Positions 51,291 through 51,969 of a stretch of DNA of 51,969 nt are shown here, piece by piece (position 1 is the first letter of the stretch; the number at the start of each line of letters is the position of its first letter). This DNA is from an uncultured archaeon (GTDB lineage: Archaea; Asgardarchaeota; Lokiarchaeia; Sigyniarchaeales; SOKP01), in assembly GCA_964632315.1 (NCBI GenBank), contig CAZWEM010000032.1, forward strand, positions 1 through 51,969, in the 5' to 3' direction. The notes below the pieces were generated by a model. The model was not told where the DNA came from and searched no databases. It was given only the letters and a program-made list of their open reading frames with translations. A program made the translations under genes and the position numbers.

Positions 51291-51314
51291 GAAATATCAT
51301 GTGAATATTCTAAA

Positions 51315-51599
51315 TTAAAGTTTTAAAAGTCGGCTTCCATGACTAATAGATATTATTTCCAAATGTTCGGATTTAATTAAATATATAATGCGATAATTTT
51401 TATAGAGGATTTCTCTCAGATTAGGATCATTATATTCTGGAACTTTTCTCCCAAATTTAGGGAATTCTTCTAAATGACTGACCATTTCATAAATTTGTTT
51501 TACTAAAATGTGAGCATAGTTTGGGGAATCTTTTGAGATATAACTTGCATTATCATCTAAATCTACAAGAGCATTGTCGGTCCATTTTATTTCAACCAT
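51315..51599 (-). CDS. Type II TA toxin, RelE/ParE family
   Basis: IKWTDNALVDL, FPKFGRKVPE, REILYKNYRIIY, HGSRLL. Confidence 0.9.
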   Translation of the reverse strand: MVEIKWTDNALVDLDDNASYISKDSPNYAHILVKQIYEMVSHLEEFPKFGRKVPEYNDPNLREILYKNYRIIYLIKSEHLEIISISHGSRLLKL

Positions 51600-51772
51600 T
51601 TTGCTAACCGCTCTTTCGCTTCTTCATGGGTGAATAATCTTCCTTCTTCAGAATCTTTCAAACCCTTCTGGATTTTTTGTCTTACATATATTGCTTCAAT
51701 TATATCTTCCATGCTTACATCATTAGGAAGTGTTTTTATCATTTCTATGATATTTTCCTTTTCTGTTGCCAT
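51587..51772 (-). CDS. Cognate antitoxin
   Basis: 61 aa upstream of and overlapping the toxin; KIQKGLKDSEEGRLFTHEEAKERL is a typical antitoxin tail. Confidence 0.8.
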   Translation of the reverse strand: MATEKENIIEMIKTLPNDVSMEDIIEAIYVRQKIQKGLKDSEEGRLFTHEEAKERLAKWLK

Positions 51773-51969
51773 GATTATTACCTTCACTTAAGTAAAAGAA
51801 TCTATTATATATATAATCTCGATCTCTATAAATTTTTTGGTGTTCCTATTCTTTTTGCTAATTGAATTTAGGATAATGAACATGATTAAAAGATTTTATT
51901 ATCATTCAACCTAATAAAAAACTTGTTAAAGAATAATAGAAGCTAAAAATCCATAATTTTTCATCGAAT

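Noticed and set aside
1-51969. CRISPR arrays, rRNA, tRNA, transposases/integrases
   Set aside because: No regularly spaced repeats, GC-rich structured RNA-sized islands or recombinase motifs were seen by eye; tRNAscan-SE or Infernal would be decisive.

Overview
AT-rich (~30% GC by eye) archaeal chromosomal segment. The gene content points to an Asgard archaeon, probably Lokiarchaeia (inference): archaeal uS2, GGGP/DGGGP ether-lipid synthases, SCP2 proteins, and bacterial-type shikimate kinase and serine dehydratase. Most of the window is housekeeping or metabolic: aromatic and branched-chain amino-acid enzymes, tmk, uS2, an ether-lipid operon, a sugar/cyclitol catabolic neighbourhood, two orphan adenine DNA methyltransferases, a PadR/HAAS membrane module, LarE and a RelE/ParE toxin-antitoxin pair. 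The main finding is at 48211-49617 (-). An AIR-synthase-related (PurM/HypE/ThiL/SelD superfamily) gene appears as two ORFs, interrupted by a 30-nt insert (49116-49145) carrying an in-frame UGA. The insert folds with its flanks into a canonical bulge-helix-bulge motif. Cutting at the canonical tRNA-splicing-endonuclease positions restores a 458-aa frame reading GFHVTRAALRD, so this is a candidate archaeal-type mRNA intron. No rRNA, tRNA, CRISPR array or transposase was recognised. All family calls come from motif recognition, not database searches.
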